From Octopus bimaculoides (taxonomy: Eukaryota), in assembly GCF_001194135.2 (NCBI RefSeq), contig NC_068993.1:37275561-37319333 (forward strand): DNA of 43,773 nt, read 5' to 3'. The number at the start of each line of letters is the position of its first letter. Position 1 is the first letter of the stretch. Both the position numbers and the translations under genes were made by a program. Under the pieces are notes generated by a model, which had not been told where the DNA came from, searched no databases, and worked only from the letters and a program-made list of their open reading frames with translations. This document shows, piece by piece, positions 1-11,447 of the stretch.

Positions 1-859
1 TAAAAATGTAATGGCAAGTATTTATTGACCTTTCTGTTTCCTTTAAAAATCGGCACGAACTTTCCGGACAACCCAATATACTTAGACCAGCCACAGTTTT
101 TTTTTTTTTTAGAAATATAATGTAAGCCTTTAGAAAATCTATATCAATGTTTTTATTATCTTGAAAAACATGCCATTCAAAGTGGAAAGAAGTTCTTTGA
201 TTTATCTAAATTTTAAATTCTAAAATGTCTTTAATTTTCTTTATTTGTTTTCCAGTTCGTCACGAAGAAAAAAAAAGAATTGAAAACTACTATTGCGTTA
301 AAGAAACAAATAGCTCTTTAGAATCTCGTAGAAAACTCGGTATAAAATTTGGAATGTCGCAGAGTGACACTCCAACCCAGAAACTGTGAGCTAAATACTG
401 CAAAACCTAAATCTACGAAAACCCTTTTAAAGAATACGGTATTATTCGAAGAAAGAAAAGAAAAAAAAGAAGCGAAAAAGAAATATATAAATTCTATAAA
501 TTAAACCAATGCTTCATGAAAACACTTTGGTTAGGTTAAGAATAATGCCGAAGGCTAGGAGTGTTTTAGTTAGATGGTTCTTGGAGAGAAACACTAGAAG
601 AGCTGGCCAAATTTCTCAGTATCAAAGACAGCCTTTGTCTTCGGCAAAGATGCGGAGGTGTGAGTAAAAAGCAAACACAATAACAACATTAATACAAGTG
701 GAATTCTTGTAAATTCGTGCCTTGTTCTTTTTTATCTGTCTCGCTGCCGTTTATCAAATGTTGCTTCTTATCCAGTACCAAACACTGTTTTGCTTATAAT
801 AATTCTCTCGCAGCTACTCGTAACCATTACATCGCTTGACCTTCCGCCTCTCACACACT

Positions 860-1070
860 CTCTCATTCATTCAATCATTCAGTCAGTCACTCACTCACTC
901 ACTCACTCACTAAATCAGTCAGCTAGTCAGTCAGTCACTCACTCAGACACACATACTCACTCACTCACACACTTAGCCACTCAATCACTCAGTTACTCAC
1001 ACGCTCACTCAGTCTCTCACTCATTCACTCACGTTCTCACTCAGTCAGCCAGTCAGTCACTCACTCACAA
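860..1070. repeat. Degenerate (TCAC/TCAG)n tetranucleotide array
   Basis: Directly visible. It explains the S/L/T/H-rich ORF 790..1140. Confidence 0.9.
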
Positions 1071-1236
1071 TCATTTTAATTTCCTCCTCAATTCCTTAAT
1101 AGTTAATACTACTGTTTGTTATATAACACAACTACGTTAGCCAGTATATTCAAAAATCGTTTTCTCATAATATAAAAGATTAATATTGTAAACCAACACT
1201 TCTGTCAATGATGTTGCATACTCACACCACAAGTGA

Positions 1237-1475
1237 TGACGCATGGCCTAGTGGCCAGGGTGCTATACTCACGATCGCAAGACCGTGGTTTCGATTGCCG
1301 GAATCGGCGTTGTGTTGTGCTCTTGAACAAAACACTTCATTTCACGTTGTTCCAGTCCTCTGAGCTGTAAATAAGTAACCCCATGATGGACTGCTGTCCT
1401 TTTCAAGGAAGGGGTTGGTTGTGTAATCTTAGTTACTTATACATCAAGAAAACCGAGTAACAGACCCTATAAATC
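1237..1475 (+). mobile_element. tRNA-derived SINE, family B (head plus central domain, tail type 1)
   Basis: A-box-like TGGCCTAGTGG, B-box-like GGTTTCGATTGCC, then TCTTGAACAAAACACTTCATTTCACGTTG. Head and core are shared with 25940-26190. The 3' boundary is approximate. Confidence 0.8.
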
Positions 1476-1593
1476 CAAGAACATCACAACATTATTATAT
1501 AGCATGATGACTCTATAAATCTATATTTCATCCCAAAGCAGCTCAAAATCTAATCCTTAATAAATTCCCCAAATTTCAATCTATGAAAGCATA

Positions 1594-2075
1594 TACTCTT
1601 TTACTCTTTTACTTGTTTCAATCATTTGACTGCGGCCATGCTGGAGCACCGCCTTTAGTCGAGCAAATTGACCCCAGGACTTATTCATTGTAAGCCTAGT
1701 ACTTATTCTATCGGTCTCTTTTGCCGAACCGCTAAGTTACGGGGACGTAAACATACAAGCATCGGTTGTCAACCGATGTTGGGGGGACAAACACAGACAC
1801 ACAAACATATACACACGCACATACATATACAATACATGCATACGATGGGCTTCTTACAGTTTCCGTCTACCAAATCCACTCACAAGGCTTTGGTCGGCCC
1901 GAGGCTATAGTTGAAGACACTTACCCAAGGTGCTACGCAGTGGGACTGAACCCGGAACCATGCGGTTCGTAAGCAAGCTACTTTATTTCATAAATATTTG
2001 CCATAAAGACATTACAAAGAGGGGACGAACAAGGACAGACATAAAAGGGGTGCACACAGCCACTCCTACGCCTAT
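1594..2075 (-). mobile_element. Full-length tRNA-derived SINE, family A, with a 69-bp insertion in its head
   Basis: Minus strand reads head (AGGAGTGGCTGTGTG..GGTTCCGGGTTCAGTCCC), core (CACCTTGGGTAAGTGTCTTC), internal CA/TA tract, 3' half and (AAAAGAGT)n tail. Matches copies at 3343, 28676, 34773, 36075, 38410 and 40824. Confidence 0.92.
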
Positions 2076-3299
2076 ATTGAGAAAAATGGTAAAAAAAGTT
2101 GAAGAATCCCTAACCCACCCTACAAACTTCCGATATGTGTGTGTGTGTGTGTGTGTGTGCATAATGGAACTGCATATTATCAAAAAATTCTCACCAAAAC
2201 TAAGCGTTTGAAAGAAAACCAAAGACAATATGCATGAATACTCTTTCAAGTGGAACAAATTATGAACACTACATAGTTAGCTCACACGGGTACTGTACTC
2301 AGGTAACGTTCCCGGAAAATACGACTGGGGAAAATAATGCAAGTACTTGAATACTCCAGTTTGGCCCTCTCCCAACATACCATTTTGTATGAAATCAATC
2401 AACATGGAGCGAATGTATGTTTTCATTGGACTTTGGACGTTTTAGATTTATTTCATATTTTATAATTGTGACTGAAATTACTTAAGAATCGCTCTTTCAA
2501 TCCTCAACTTACACTGAAATGTAATGTCTATATTTACAAACAAGTTAATATTTATGTAATAAGAGAAGAGGGAGAAAGAAAGAGGTGCTTTCAAAAACAA
2601 TGACTGAATCAAGATTGACATCTTGAATTGTAATTAAACTCCAAGCTGACCACATCGATGGCATATAATTGAAAAGAAGTCTCTTTTTCTCTGTCCTTTT
2701 CCCCTTTCATTTTTCTCCTCTCTTTTCTTTCTCTTTCTTTCTTGTCCTTTTCCTGTCTTTCTCTCTATCTCTCTTTCTTCAAAAAAACAAAATTAACATC
2801 TTGAAATGTGTTGTCTCAAGCTACTGCTATCTAGCACCTTCGGATGATCTCTACTCAACCGCTACACAACTGCTACTCGACTGCTACTCAACACCCCTAC
2901 CACGGCCAGACTACTTCTATTTATATGTGTTGGGAGATCCTACTTTTTCGCCTGGGGGCGTCGACACAACAAAATGTCTTTTGGCATCAATCTCCTGTTA
3001 ATCAGAGACCTTTCCCAGATATATTCTTTCTTTCTTCTGCTTTCTTTTCTCTTTTCTGTCTTCTCTGTCTTCCTCTCTCTCCTCCTCCCTTCCTTCCTCT
3101 TTTCTCTTTCTCCTTTTCTAAACAAAACAAAACAACATCCACTTTCGTATTTGTATAAAAGGCAAAAAAATTGTATACTAATACAGTGTAAAACTTATGT
3201 GAAGAGTATCTATGAACGGACGAAAGCGCTAATAAACCATTATCTAAAGTTCTGATTGCCTCATTTTTGTTGGTATATGTGTGTGTATATATATATAAA

Positions 3300-3335
<36 letters not shown>

Positions 3336-3342
3336 TTTTTTT

Positions 3343-3560
3343 CATTCCTTTACTTGTTTCAGTCATTTGACTGCGGCCATGCTGGAGCACCGCCTAGAAG
3401 GGTTATAGTCGAACAAATCGATCGCTGGACTTATTTCTTGAGCCTAATACTTATCCTATTGGTCACTTTTGCTGAATCGCCAAGGTGTCACGCAGCGGGA
3501 CTGAACCCGGAACCATGTGGTTGGAAAGCAAGCTTCTTACAACACAGCCACGCCTACGCA
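3343..3560 (-). mobile_element. SINE family A, internally deleted copy
   Basis: Colinear with 1594-2075 but lacks about 190 bp at the 3480/3481 junction. Confidence 0.9.
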
Positions 3561-4559
3561 TATGTGTGTGTGTATGCTAAATTTAGTATTCGTGCATGTG
3601 CTAGAATTTGTTTGTGGTTTCAATATTTCACCATACAAATTTCGCATACATTCCTGCATGAAGATGATTGCTCCATTTCGGCAGATGATAGTCGTCTTGC
3701 ATTCAGCCTGATTGTTCTGATTTACTTCAATCCCTGCGTGTGCGCGGACATAACTTTTCACCACTTATCTATCACCATAATACCTCATAAAATGCAAAAC
3801 AGATCAAGAAATGAAATGATAATGAAACGTGTGTAAGTCATTGGATTTAAGTGATAAAAACTTCCACATCACATTTGTTTTCTCTCTCGGTCGCCTTAGT
3901 AGGTTCCAGTAACAAGCATTGCAAGATGACTGATAATCTTTTGACGGCACGTTTTACGTCAGAGTATCTTTCTCCTAGAAGAGTTGCATGCCGTACGGCT
4001 TTGTCAGAGCCTCATCTACCCTTGGGTAATTTATTTGATCCATAAATGGGACCCTGCCAGGCACTACGGTTTCGGCTCAGAGCAGACTAGGGAGTAATAA
4101 TACTTAAGAGGTGAATCCACGCTCCTCACAACTCCAGAACTCTCACCACCGGAAGTACTTTAAGGTGAGACCCAAAGCATAGCAACCTACACAGACATAC
4201 ATGCACACAATACAAGCACAGACATACATGCACAGACACACATATATGCATATGCATGCACAAACACACACACATACATGCACAGACACACACAGACACA
4301 CACACACATACGTACATACATACGCATAAGCATATATGTGTGCATGTATGTTATTGTTTTGAAGCAAGTTTTAAAATCTCAACGGAATTTTTACTGATGG
4401 AGTGCGAGTAGAGTCAGATTTATTGTAAAGGTTATATTCACTGCGGGCATCAAGTTTCGCCTGACGGCTGGTTGACATAGTTCGTAGGTAAAACACGAAG
4501 TCCCAGTAAACTTCATATTTACATTACATGTATACACACTCAACACACAGACAGACATA

Positions 4560-4608
<49 letters not shown>

Positions 4609-4659
4609 CTAAGCATGTATGTATTAAATAATATATAGATAATATAATATATATATCGT

Positions 4660-4781
4660 TGAAATTGATAGAAAAACAAAAGACGAAGGAACAACAAACA
4701 AGTGTATGAGTTTGACGCTCGGGAAAAAAGGAAAAGTCTTTTACATTTCGAGCCTATACTCTTCGACAGAAAGGAATAAGA
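4660..4781 (-). mobile_element. Penelope-like terminal-repeat remnant containing a degenerate minimal hammerhead motif (4738-4773)
   Basis: Minus strand CTTT-CTGTCGA-A-GAG(TATAGG)CTC-GAAAT-GTA-AAAG. The downstream GAGCGT..ATAC context is shared with 19700-19830. Runs into an N gap. Confidence 0.55.
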
Positions 4782-5562
4782 NNNNNNNNNNNNNNNNNNN
4801 NNNNNNNNNNNNNNNNNNNNNNNNNNNNNNNNNNNNNNNNNNNNNNNNNNNNNNNNNNNNNNNNNNNNNNNNNNNNNNNNNNNNNNNNNNNNNNNNNNNN
4901 NNNNNNNNNNNNNNNNNNNNNNNNNNNNNNNNNNNNNNNNNNNNNNNNNNNNNNNNNNNNNNNNNNNNNNNNNNNNNNNNNNNNNNNNNNNNNNNNNNNN
5001 NNNNNNNNNNNNNNNNNNNNNNNNNNNNNNNNNNNNNNNNNNNNNNNNNNNNNNNNNNNNNNNNNNNNNNNNNNNNNNNNNNNNNNNNNNNNNNNNNNNN
5101 NNNNNNNNNNNNNNNNNNNNNNNNNNNNNNNNNNNNNNNNNNNNNNNNNNNNNNNNNNNNNNNNNNNNNNNNNNNNNNNNNNNNNNNNNNNNNNNNNNNN
5201 NNNNNNNNNNNNNNNNNNNNNNNNNNNNNNNNNNNNNNNNNNNNNNNNNNNNNNNNNNNNNNNNNNNNNNNNNNNNNNNNNNNNNNNNNNNNNNNNNNNN
5301 NNNNNNNNNNNNNNNNNNNNNNNNNNNNNNNNNNNNNNNNNNNNNNNNNNNNNNNNNNNNNNNNNNNNNNNNNNNNNNNNNNNNNNNNNNNNNNNNNNNN
5401 NNNNNNNNNNNNNNNNNNNNNNNNNNNNNNNNNNNNNNNNNNNNNNNNNNNNNNNNNNNNNNNNNNNNNNNNNNNNNNNNNNNNNNNNNNNNNNNNNNNN
5501 NNNNNNNNNNNNNNNNNNNNNNNNNNNNNNNNNNNNNNNNNNNNNNNNNNNNNNNNNNNNNN

Positions 5563-5616
<54 letters not shown>

Positions 5617-6889
5617 TTTTGTGTCTATCTATCTATCGTATATATAAATACATATACATACATATATGTACATGGATTTATACATGTGTTTGTATTTGTG
5701 TATATGTAAGTGAGTTTTCTGTGCGTGCGCGCGTGCGTGCATGGTGTCTGTGTGTTCTCATCTACAAGTTTGCATCTAAGTTCCATTTGAAAAAGAAATC
5801 GATGATTTTACTATAGATTTAAACCCACGTACCCACCGACCTATTTCCCAACCAACAGCAAAATCATCATCACCATCATCATTATCAACATCCTCTTGCT
5901 CCCCTGTGTCTCCTTACTCCTCCTGCTCCTCCTCCTTCTCATCAGCAGCAGAGCTACAGCAGCCACAGTCGACCAATAAAGGAACTAATGATCCGGTTGA
6001 CCATTGAAGCAGTGAACCACACAAACGAACTAACCACCCAGCTATCTACGTCGCCATCTTGTGCTTGCAATGAGAAAGCTCTGATGCCAACTCCACTGCT
6101 GTGCTAAACACAGCTAACAAAGGAAATGCTAGATTTGCCAAATCTTTTGGTCCCATTCCCATACGGAAGTTGCCATTCTCTTAAAGACTCTTATGATTGA
6201 TTGTTTCGCAGAGTTGATATATTCCTCGCAGGACTGTTTTTCGATACTATAGCTTGCTTTTAAAAAGGGGGAAGGNNNNNNNNNNNNNNNNNNNNNNNNN
6301 NNNNNNNNNNNNNNNNNNNNNNNNNNNNNNNNNNNNNNNNNNNNNNNNNNNNNNNNNNNNNNNNNNNNNNNNNNNNNNNNNNNNNNNNNNNNNNNNNNNN
6401 NNNNNNNNNNNNNNNNNNNNNNNNNNNNNNNNNNNNNNNNNNNNNNNNNNNNNNNNNNNNNNNNNNNNNNNNNNNNNNNNNNNNNNNNNNNNNNNNNNNN
6501 NNNNNNNNNNNNNNNNNNNNNNNNNNNNNNNNNNNNNNNNNNNNNNNNNNNNNNNNNNNNNNNNNNNNNNNNNNNNNNNNNNNNNNNNNNNNNNNNNNNN
6601 NNNNNNNNNNNNNNNNNNNNNNNNNNNNNNNNNNNNNNNNNNNNNNNNNNNNNNNNNNNNNNNNNNNNNNNNNNNNNNNNNNNNNNNNNNNNNNNNNNNN
6701 NNNNNNNNNNNNNNNNNNNNNNNNNNNNNNNNNNNNNNNNNNNNNNNNNNNNNNNNNNNNNNNNNNNNNNNNNNNNNNNNNNNNNNNNNNNNNNNNNNNN
6801 NNNNNNNNNNNNNNNNNNNNNNNNNNNNNNNNNNNNNNNNNNNNNNNNNNNNNNNNNNNNNNNNNNNNNNNNNNNNNNNNNNNNNNNNN

Positions 6890-6951
<62 letters not shown>

Positions 6952-7144
6952 CTTCTCGATTCTTCGCTTGCTTCACACAAACTCTCCCTTTCTAATATAT
7001 CTATCTCACCATCTCTCTTTTTTGTTCATCTTTTCCTGTTTTTTTCTTCTTTTACATTTCTCCATTGTATTCCTGATGCCATTGTTGCCGTTCTTGTTGC
7101 TGTTGTTGTTGTGGTCGTGGTTGTGGTCGTTGTTGTTGTTGTTG

Positions 7145-7187
<43 letters not shown>

Positions 7188-7645
7188 CTGAACTGTTGTA
7201 GTTGCTTTTTTTTCAATTGTTGTTGCTATTGTTGTCAATGTGGTTGTCGCTATTGTATTTGCTGCTGCTGCTGCTGCTGTTGTTGTTGTTGTTGTTGTTG
7301 TTGCTATTATTATTATTATTATTATTATTATTATCATCACCATCTCTATTTTTACTGTTAGGATTGTATTTTAGAAACTATTGTCATCACCAGATCATAA
7401 TCATCATGGATCTTCAGCCTCCTCCTTCTGCTCCTCCGCCTCTCTTCTTGTTCTTGTTCTTGTTCTTGTTCTTCTTGTTTTTCTTGTTGTTGTTGTTGTT
7501 GTTCTTTTTCTTCTTCTTCTTCTTCTTCTTCTTCTTCTTCTTCTTCTTCTTCTTCTTCTTCTTCTTCCTCCTCTTCCTCCTCCTTCTCCTTCTCCTCCAC
7601 TTCTTTATCCTCCTCCTCTTCTTCTTCCTCCTCCTCCTCCTCCTC
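6890..7645. repeat. Compound microsatellite (TC)n, (GTT)n, (ATT)n, (GCT)n, (TTC)n, (CCT)n
   Basis: Directly visible, flanked by N gaps on both sides. Confidence 0.95.
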
Positions 7646-8858
7646 NNNNNNNNNNNNNNNNNNNNNNNNNNNNNNNNNNNNNNNNNNNNNNNNNNNNNNN
7701 NNNNNNNNNNNNNNNNNNNNNNNNNNNNNNNNNNNNNNNNNNNNNNNNNNNNNNNNNNNNNNNNNNNNNNNNNNNNNNNNNNNNNNNNNNNNNNNNNNNN
7801 NNNNNNNNNNNNNNNNNNNNNNNNNNNNNNNNNNNNNNNNNNNNNNNNNNNNNNNNNNNNNNNNNNNNNNNNNNNNNNNNNNNNNNNNNNNNNNNNNNNN
7901 NNNNNNNNNNNNNNNNNNNNNNNNNNNNNNNNNNNNNNNNNNNNNNNNNNNNNNNNNNNNNNNNNNNNNNNNNNNNNNNNNNNNNNNNNNNNNNNNNNNN
8001 NNNNNNNNNNNNNNNNNNNNNNNNNNNNNNNNNNNNNNNNNNNNNNNNNNNNNNNNNNNNNNNNNNNNNNNNNNNNNNNNNNNNNNNNNNNNNNNNNNNN
8101 NNNNNNNNNNNNNNNNNNNNNNNNNNNNNNNNNNNNNNNNNNNNNNNNNNNNNNNNNNNNNNNNNNNNNNNNNNNNNNNNNNNNNNNNNNNNNNNNNNNN
8201 NNNNNNNNNNNNNNNNNNNNNNNNNNNNNNNNNNNNNNNNNNNNNNNNNNNNNNNNNNNNNNNNNNNNNNNNNNNNNNNNNNNNNNNNNNNNNNNNNNNN
8301 NNNNNNNNNNNNNNNNNNNNNNNNNNNNNNNNNNNNNNNNNNNNNNNNNNNNNNNNNNNNNNNNNNNNNNNNNNNNNNNNNNNNNNNNNNNNNNNNNNNN
8401 NNNNNNNNNNNNNNNNNNNNNNNNNNNNNNNNNNATTATTCTGATATCTTCCTTGCCTCTGATCTTGGTTGTTATATGTGTGAAAAAGATGAAAGTCCTC
8501 TAACAGGGAGTCTCTGGAACGACCTGAGCATAGCAACCCTCCCCACCACCCGCCGTAACTGATTTCCCTCGCTTTTTTTTTCTTCTTCCAGCCAAGCAAT
8601 CCATGTCGAAGAAGACATAGCTTCCTTTCAGCAGGTTGGCAACAGTGAGGTAGCGGTGAAGGGAGGGGGGAAGAATGTAAGACCTTTTTAAAAGTGTACA
8701 GTGGTGATGATGACAACGACGACGACGACGATGATGATGATGATGATATTTAATGATATTATTGATGATGACAAGGATAATGATGGCGAAAATTTAAAAG
8801 AGGAATGAAAAAACGAAATAGTTTTAGAAGTGAAAAAGTGAAATATAACAGTAACCAC

Positions 8859-8859
<1 letters not shown>

Positions 8860-8918
<59 letters not shown>

Positions 8919-9017
8919 TATAGTAGTAGTAGTAGTAGTAGCAACAATAGTAATAATGGTACACACGATATCCTCAATCTACAACATCACAATATCGGAT
9001 GCTATGCGACATCTTAC

Positions 9018-9078
<61 letters not shown>

Positions 9079-9130
9079 CAACAACAATAATGATTATGAT
9101 TATGATGATGATGATGTTGATGATGATGGA
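8860..9130. repeat. (TAG)n, (TAA)n and (GAT)n microsatellites
   Basis: Directly visible. Confidence 0.95.
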
Positions 9131-9815
9131 GAGCGTATGCCCACTGATCTTTCTGCTGGGAATAATTCCCAGGAGTGAAATACTGCGGGAACCAAAGCTG
9201 AGGCATGATCAGGGAAGTTGTGAAGGAAGACTTAATTACCCGCTATTCACGGATGATTTGAAGTTGTTCACAAAAGAGCGGTAGAACTGGACAATCTAGT
9301 CCAGTCTGTGCAGACTTTCTTAAATAATATCAAGATAGAGTTTGGACTTTCAAGATGTGCTGTGACGGTGATGAGACGAGGAAAGTTTATCAGGACAGAA
9401 GGCATAATATGTATGCCAAGTGGTGAAATAATGAGACCAATTCACCCTGAATCCGGATATAAACATCTGGAAAATGGAATTAAGCATATTGATATGAAAG
9501 AAATGACAGAGAAAAAGTGCGGCGATTGAGAAAAGTATTGGATCCAAACCTGAATGCCAGAAACAATTTCGGTAATAAACACGCGCGCAGTCGCAAGGGT
9601 TCGGTATGGCACTGGTTTTCTTGGGTGGACAGAGGATGAGCTAAAAGAGTTGGTCAGAAAGGCAAGAAAGCTTCTAGCAATGCATAGACCCATCATCCAC
9701 GAGCAGACACTGATAGCCTATACCTGAAGAGAGCAATAGGAGGAAGGAAACAGATAAGTATTGAAGATTGTACATATAGAACTTGGGAGCTTACTGAGAT
9801 ACCTATCTCCCCAAA
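9130..9815 (+). mobile_element. Degenerate non-LTR retrotransposon RT fragment, R2 superfamily (R4/Dong/Rex6-like)
   Basis: Frame-shifted translations LNYPLFTDDLKLF, IEFGLSRCAVTVMRRGK, GYKHLE, INTRAVARVRYGTGFLGWTEDELKELVRKARKLLAMH and HPRADTDSLYLKRAIGGR match the RT/thumb pattern I recall for RLE-type LINEs. Clade assignment is by eye. Confidence 0.8.
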
Positions 9816-9819
9816 AAGG

Positions 9820-10745
9820 AGACGTGGCTATCATCAGACAAAGTAACGAGCTGAAATATCCAACTACAGACCGAACAATCGTTCAAGTAAAAGGCAACTG
9901 AAACACTTGAAACAATTGTTGACAAAGGAAAAATTTGAACTGAACATCAATGATAAAATGTGTATGGCATCCAGTTGCAACGACAGTCGTTGTGGGACAT
10001 ATCAATCTGCACATACCGGTCAATATATCAACACAAATGCCGAAGAATATTCTGAAATGCAAACATGAACGGTAAAAGGAGAAAACTGACCTACTGCATC
10101 AAATCACGTGTTAAGGTCTTCTTTACAAATTTTCTATAGAAATTACAGCCGGCACTGATTTTGTTACGACGTTTCGTATCCGAGACGTCTGATGTAAACA
10201 AACAATGAGATCGAAGATGAAAAAATGGGTAATGAAGATATTTGTCATCTTTGGGAAATTTCTGCTCCTTCATCAGCACCCATCTAACCCATTCATCGTC
10301 CACGAACTCATTGCTTAAATAGCCACTACATATAGTGGTGTAACGTTACTGGGTATACCAATTTATATATTAAACACATTCCTAGAAGCTGCTACGTGAA
10401 CATTAATGACTTGTAGGGACGCGGTATTTCGTTATGCAACTATTATGTAGTACAAAATATATGAAACGTTTTTATAAGTCAATATCGTGTTCTACTGTGT
10501 TAGCAGTGCATTCAACTCACGTGTTAAGGTCACCTCTACAGATTTTCTACAGAAATTATAATCAGCACTGATTTTGTTATGACGCTTCGTTGTCCGAGAC
10601 GTCAGATGTCATTAATATTGCATCAAACGTCCAAACAATGAAGAAATATATATTGGCCAGACAATTACCGAAACGCATGTGAGTACACTGGCAGCATGTC
10701 AAGAAACCTAATATCTGTCAGATTCCTAAGAAAGCATTAAAAAAC
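9820..10745 (+). mobile_element. Penelope-like element 3' fragment (linker, CxxxxC knuckle, GIY-YIG endonuclease), interrupted at 10104-10615
   Basis: KRQLKHLKQLLTKEKF and CNDSRCGT precede ANMNGKRRKLTYCIK. After the insert comes RPNNEEIYIGQT, then in a shifted frame KRM*VHWQHVKKP. The joined GIY-x10-YIG spacing is canonical. Confidence 0.75.
10104..10615. mobile_element. Unclassified 512-bp insert with about 92-bp terminal direct repeats and a 12-bp TSD
   Basis: Direct repeats at 10104-10195 and 10517-10609 (about 85% identical by eye). Flanks are TACTGCATCAAA (10092-10103) and TATTGCATCAAA (10616-10627). Confidence 0.65.
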
Positions 10746-11408
10746 ACGCGGCAATAACATATTTTTGATATTTCCATTTGTAAACTTTACGATTCAAGTG
10801 AAATTAGAAGAAGAATAAGTAAAATGAATTTTATTGAGAAGTTCAAACTCATTCTGCAAGAGCAATAATATGAGGACTAATGATCAGATTATTTGATTTG
10901 AATTTAAATTTACTGAAAAAAACATTGACAATAATATTGATCTGAGTTTGAATTTAATTTCATTTAAATACATTGAAGGTGCGACTGCTGTTTCTCAACA
11001 TCTGGATCCTCCGTCGGTGACTCTGGTTAAAATGTTTCTGTGGATAAGCTCTGTCGATTGTCAGTTGTGTTACCACGTTTCTGAAATCGTGGTGTTTCAA
11101 TCGCACGCTGATTAGCTTTCGCATGGTTTAATAACCCCGTGGAGCTTACTGGGAAGTATTTAACGGCAAAATTTAGCCATGTCACTGCAGTTGGCAAATG
11201 TTTGTTAATGTTCTTACTATACAGTTACCTGACAATTGTTATATAACATGAAAATATTCTGAAAATTGTAAAGATAAGAAAGTAACGTGAAAATCGGAAT
11301 TTCATTGACTAATAAATATAAAGTAATATAATATATAATATATATATATGTGTGTGTGTGTCTGTGTCTATTCATGCACATATATAAGCAACAATAACAA
11401 GAGCAACA

Positions 11409-11447
<39 letters not shown>

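Noticed and set aside
256-480. RHEEKKRIENYYCVKETNSSLESRRKLGIKFG, reminiscent of an N-terminal HTH of Tc1/mariner-like transposases
   Set aside because: The resemblance is weak, with no TIRs and no downstream DDE motifs. It needs an HMM search.
1237-1310. tRNA-like A and B boxes here and in the other SINE heads
   Set aside because: No complete cloverleaf is present and the boxes run directly into SINE core domains, so they are not tRNA genes.
3690-3764. VRAHAGIEVN resembling the RNase H motif WVxAHxGIxGNE
   Set aside because: The W, the GNE and the downstream AD are missing, and no other RNase H motifs are nearby.
4524-8716. Long ORFs of 240-450 aa in the ORF track (also 13600-15020, 20499-21863, 27017-28273, 32170-32929, 36667-37252)
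   Set aside because: They read through N gaps and stop-free microsatellites (poly-CV, poly-YI, poly-E, poly-T and similar). There is no coding signal.
10225-10295. Minus-strand CUGAUGA..GAAA with a possible stem I inside the 512-bp insert
   Set aside because: There is no real stem II or stem III. One core heptamer is expected by chance at appreciable frequency in a segment this long.
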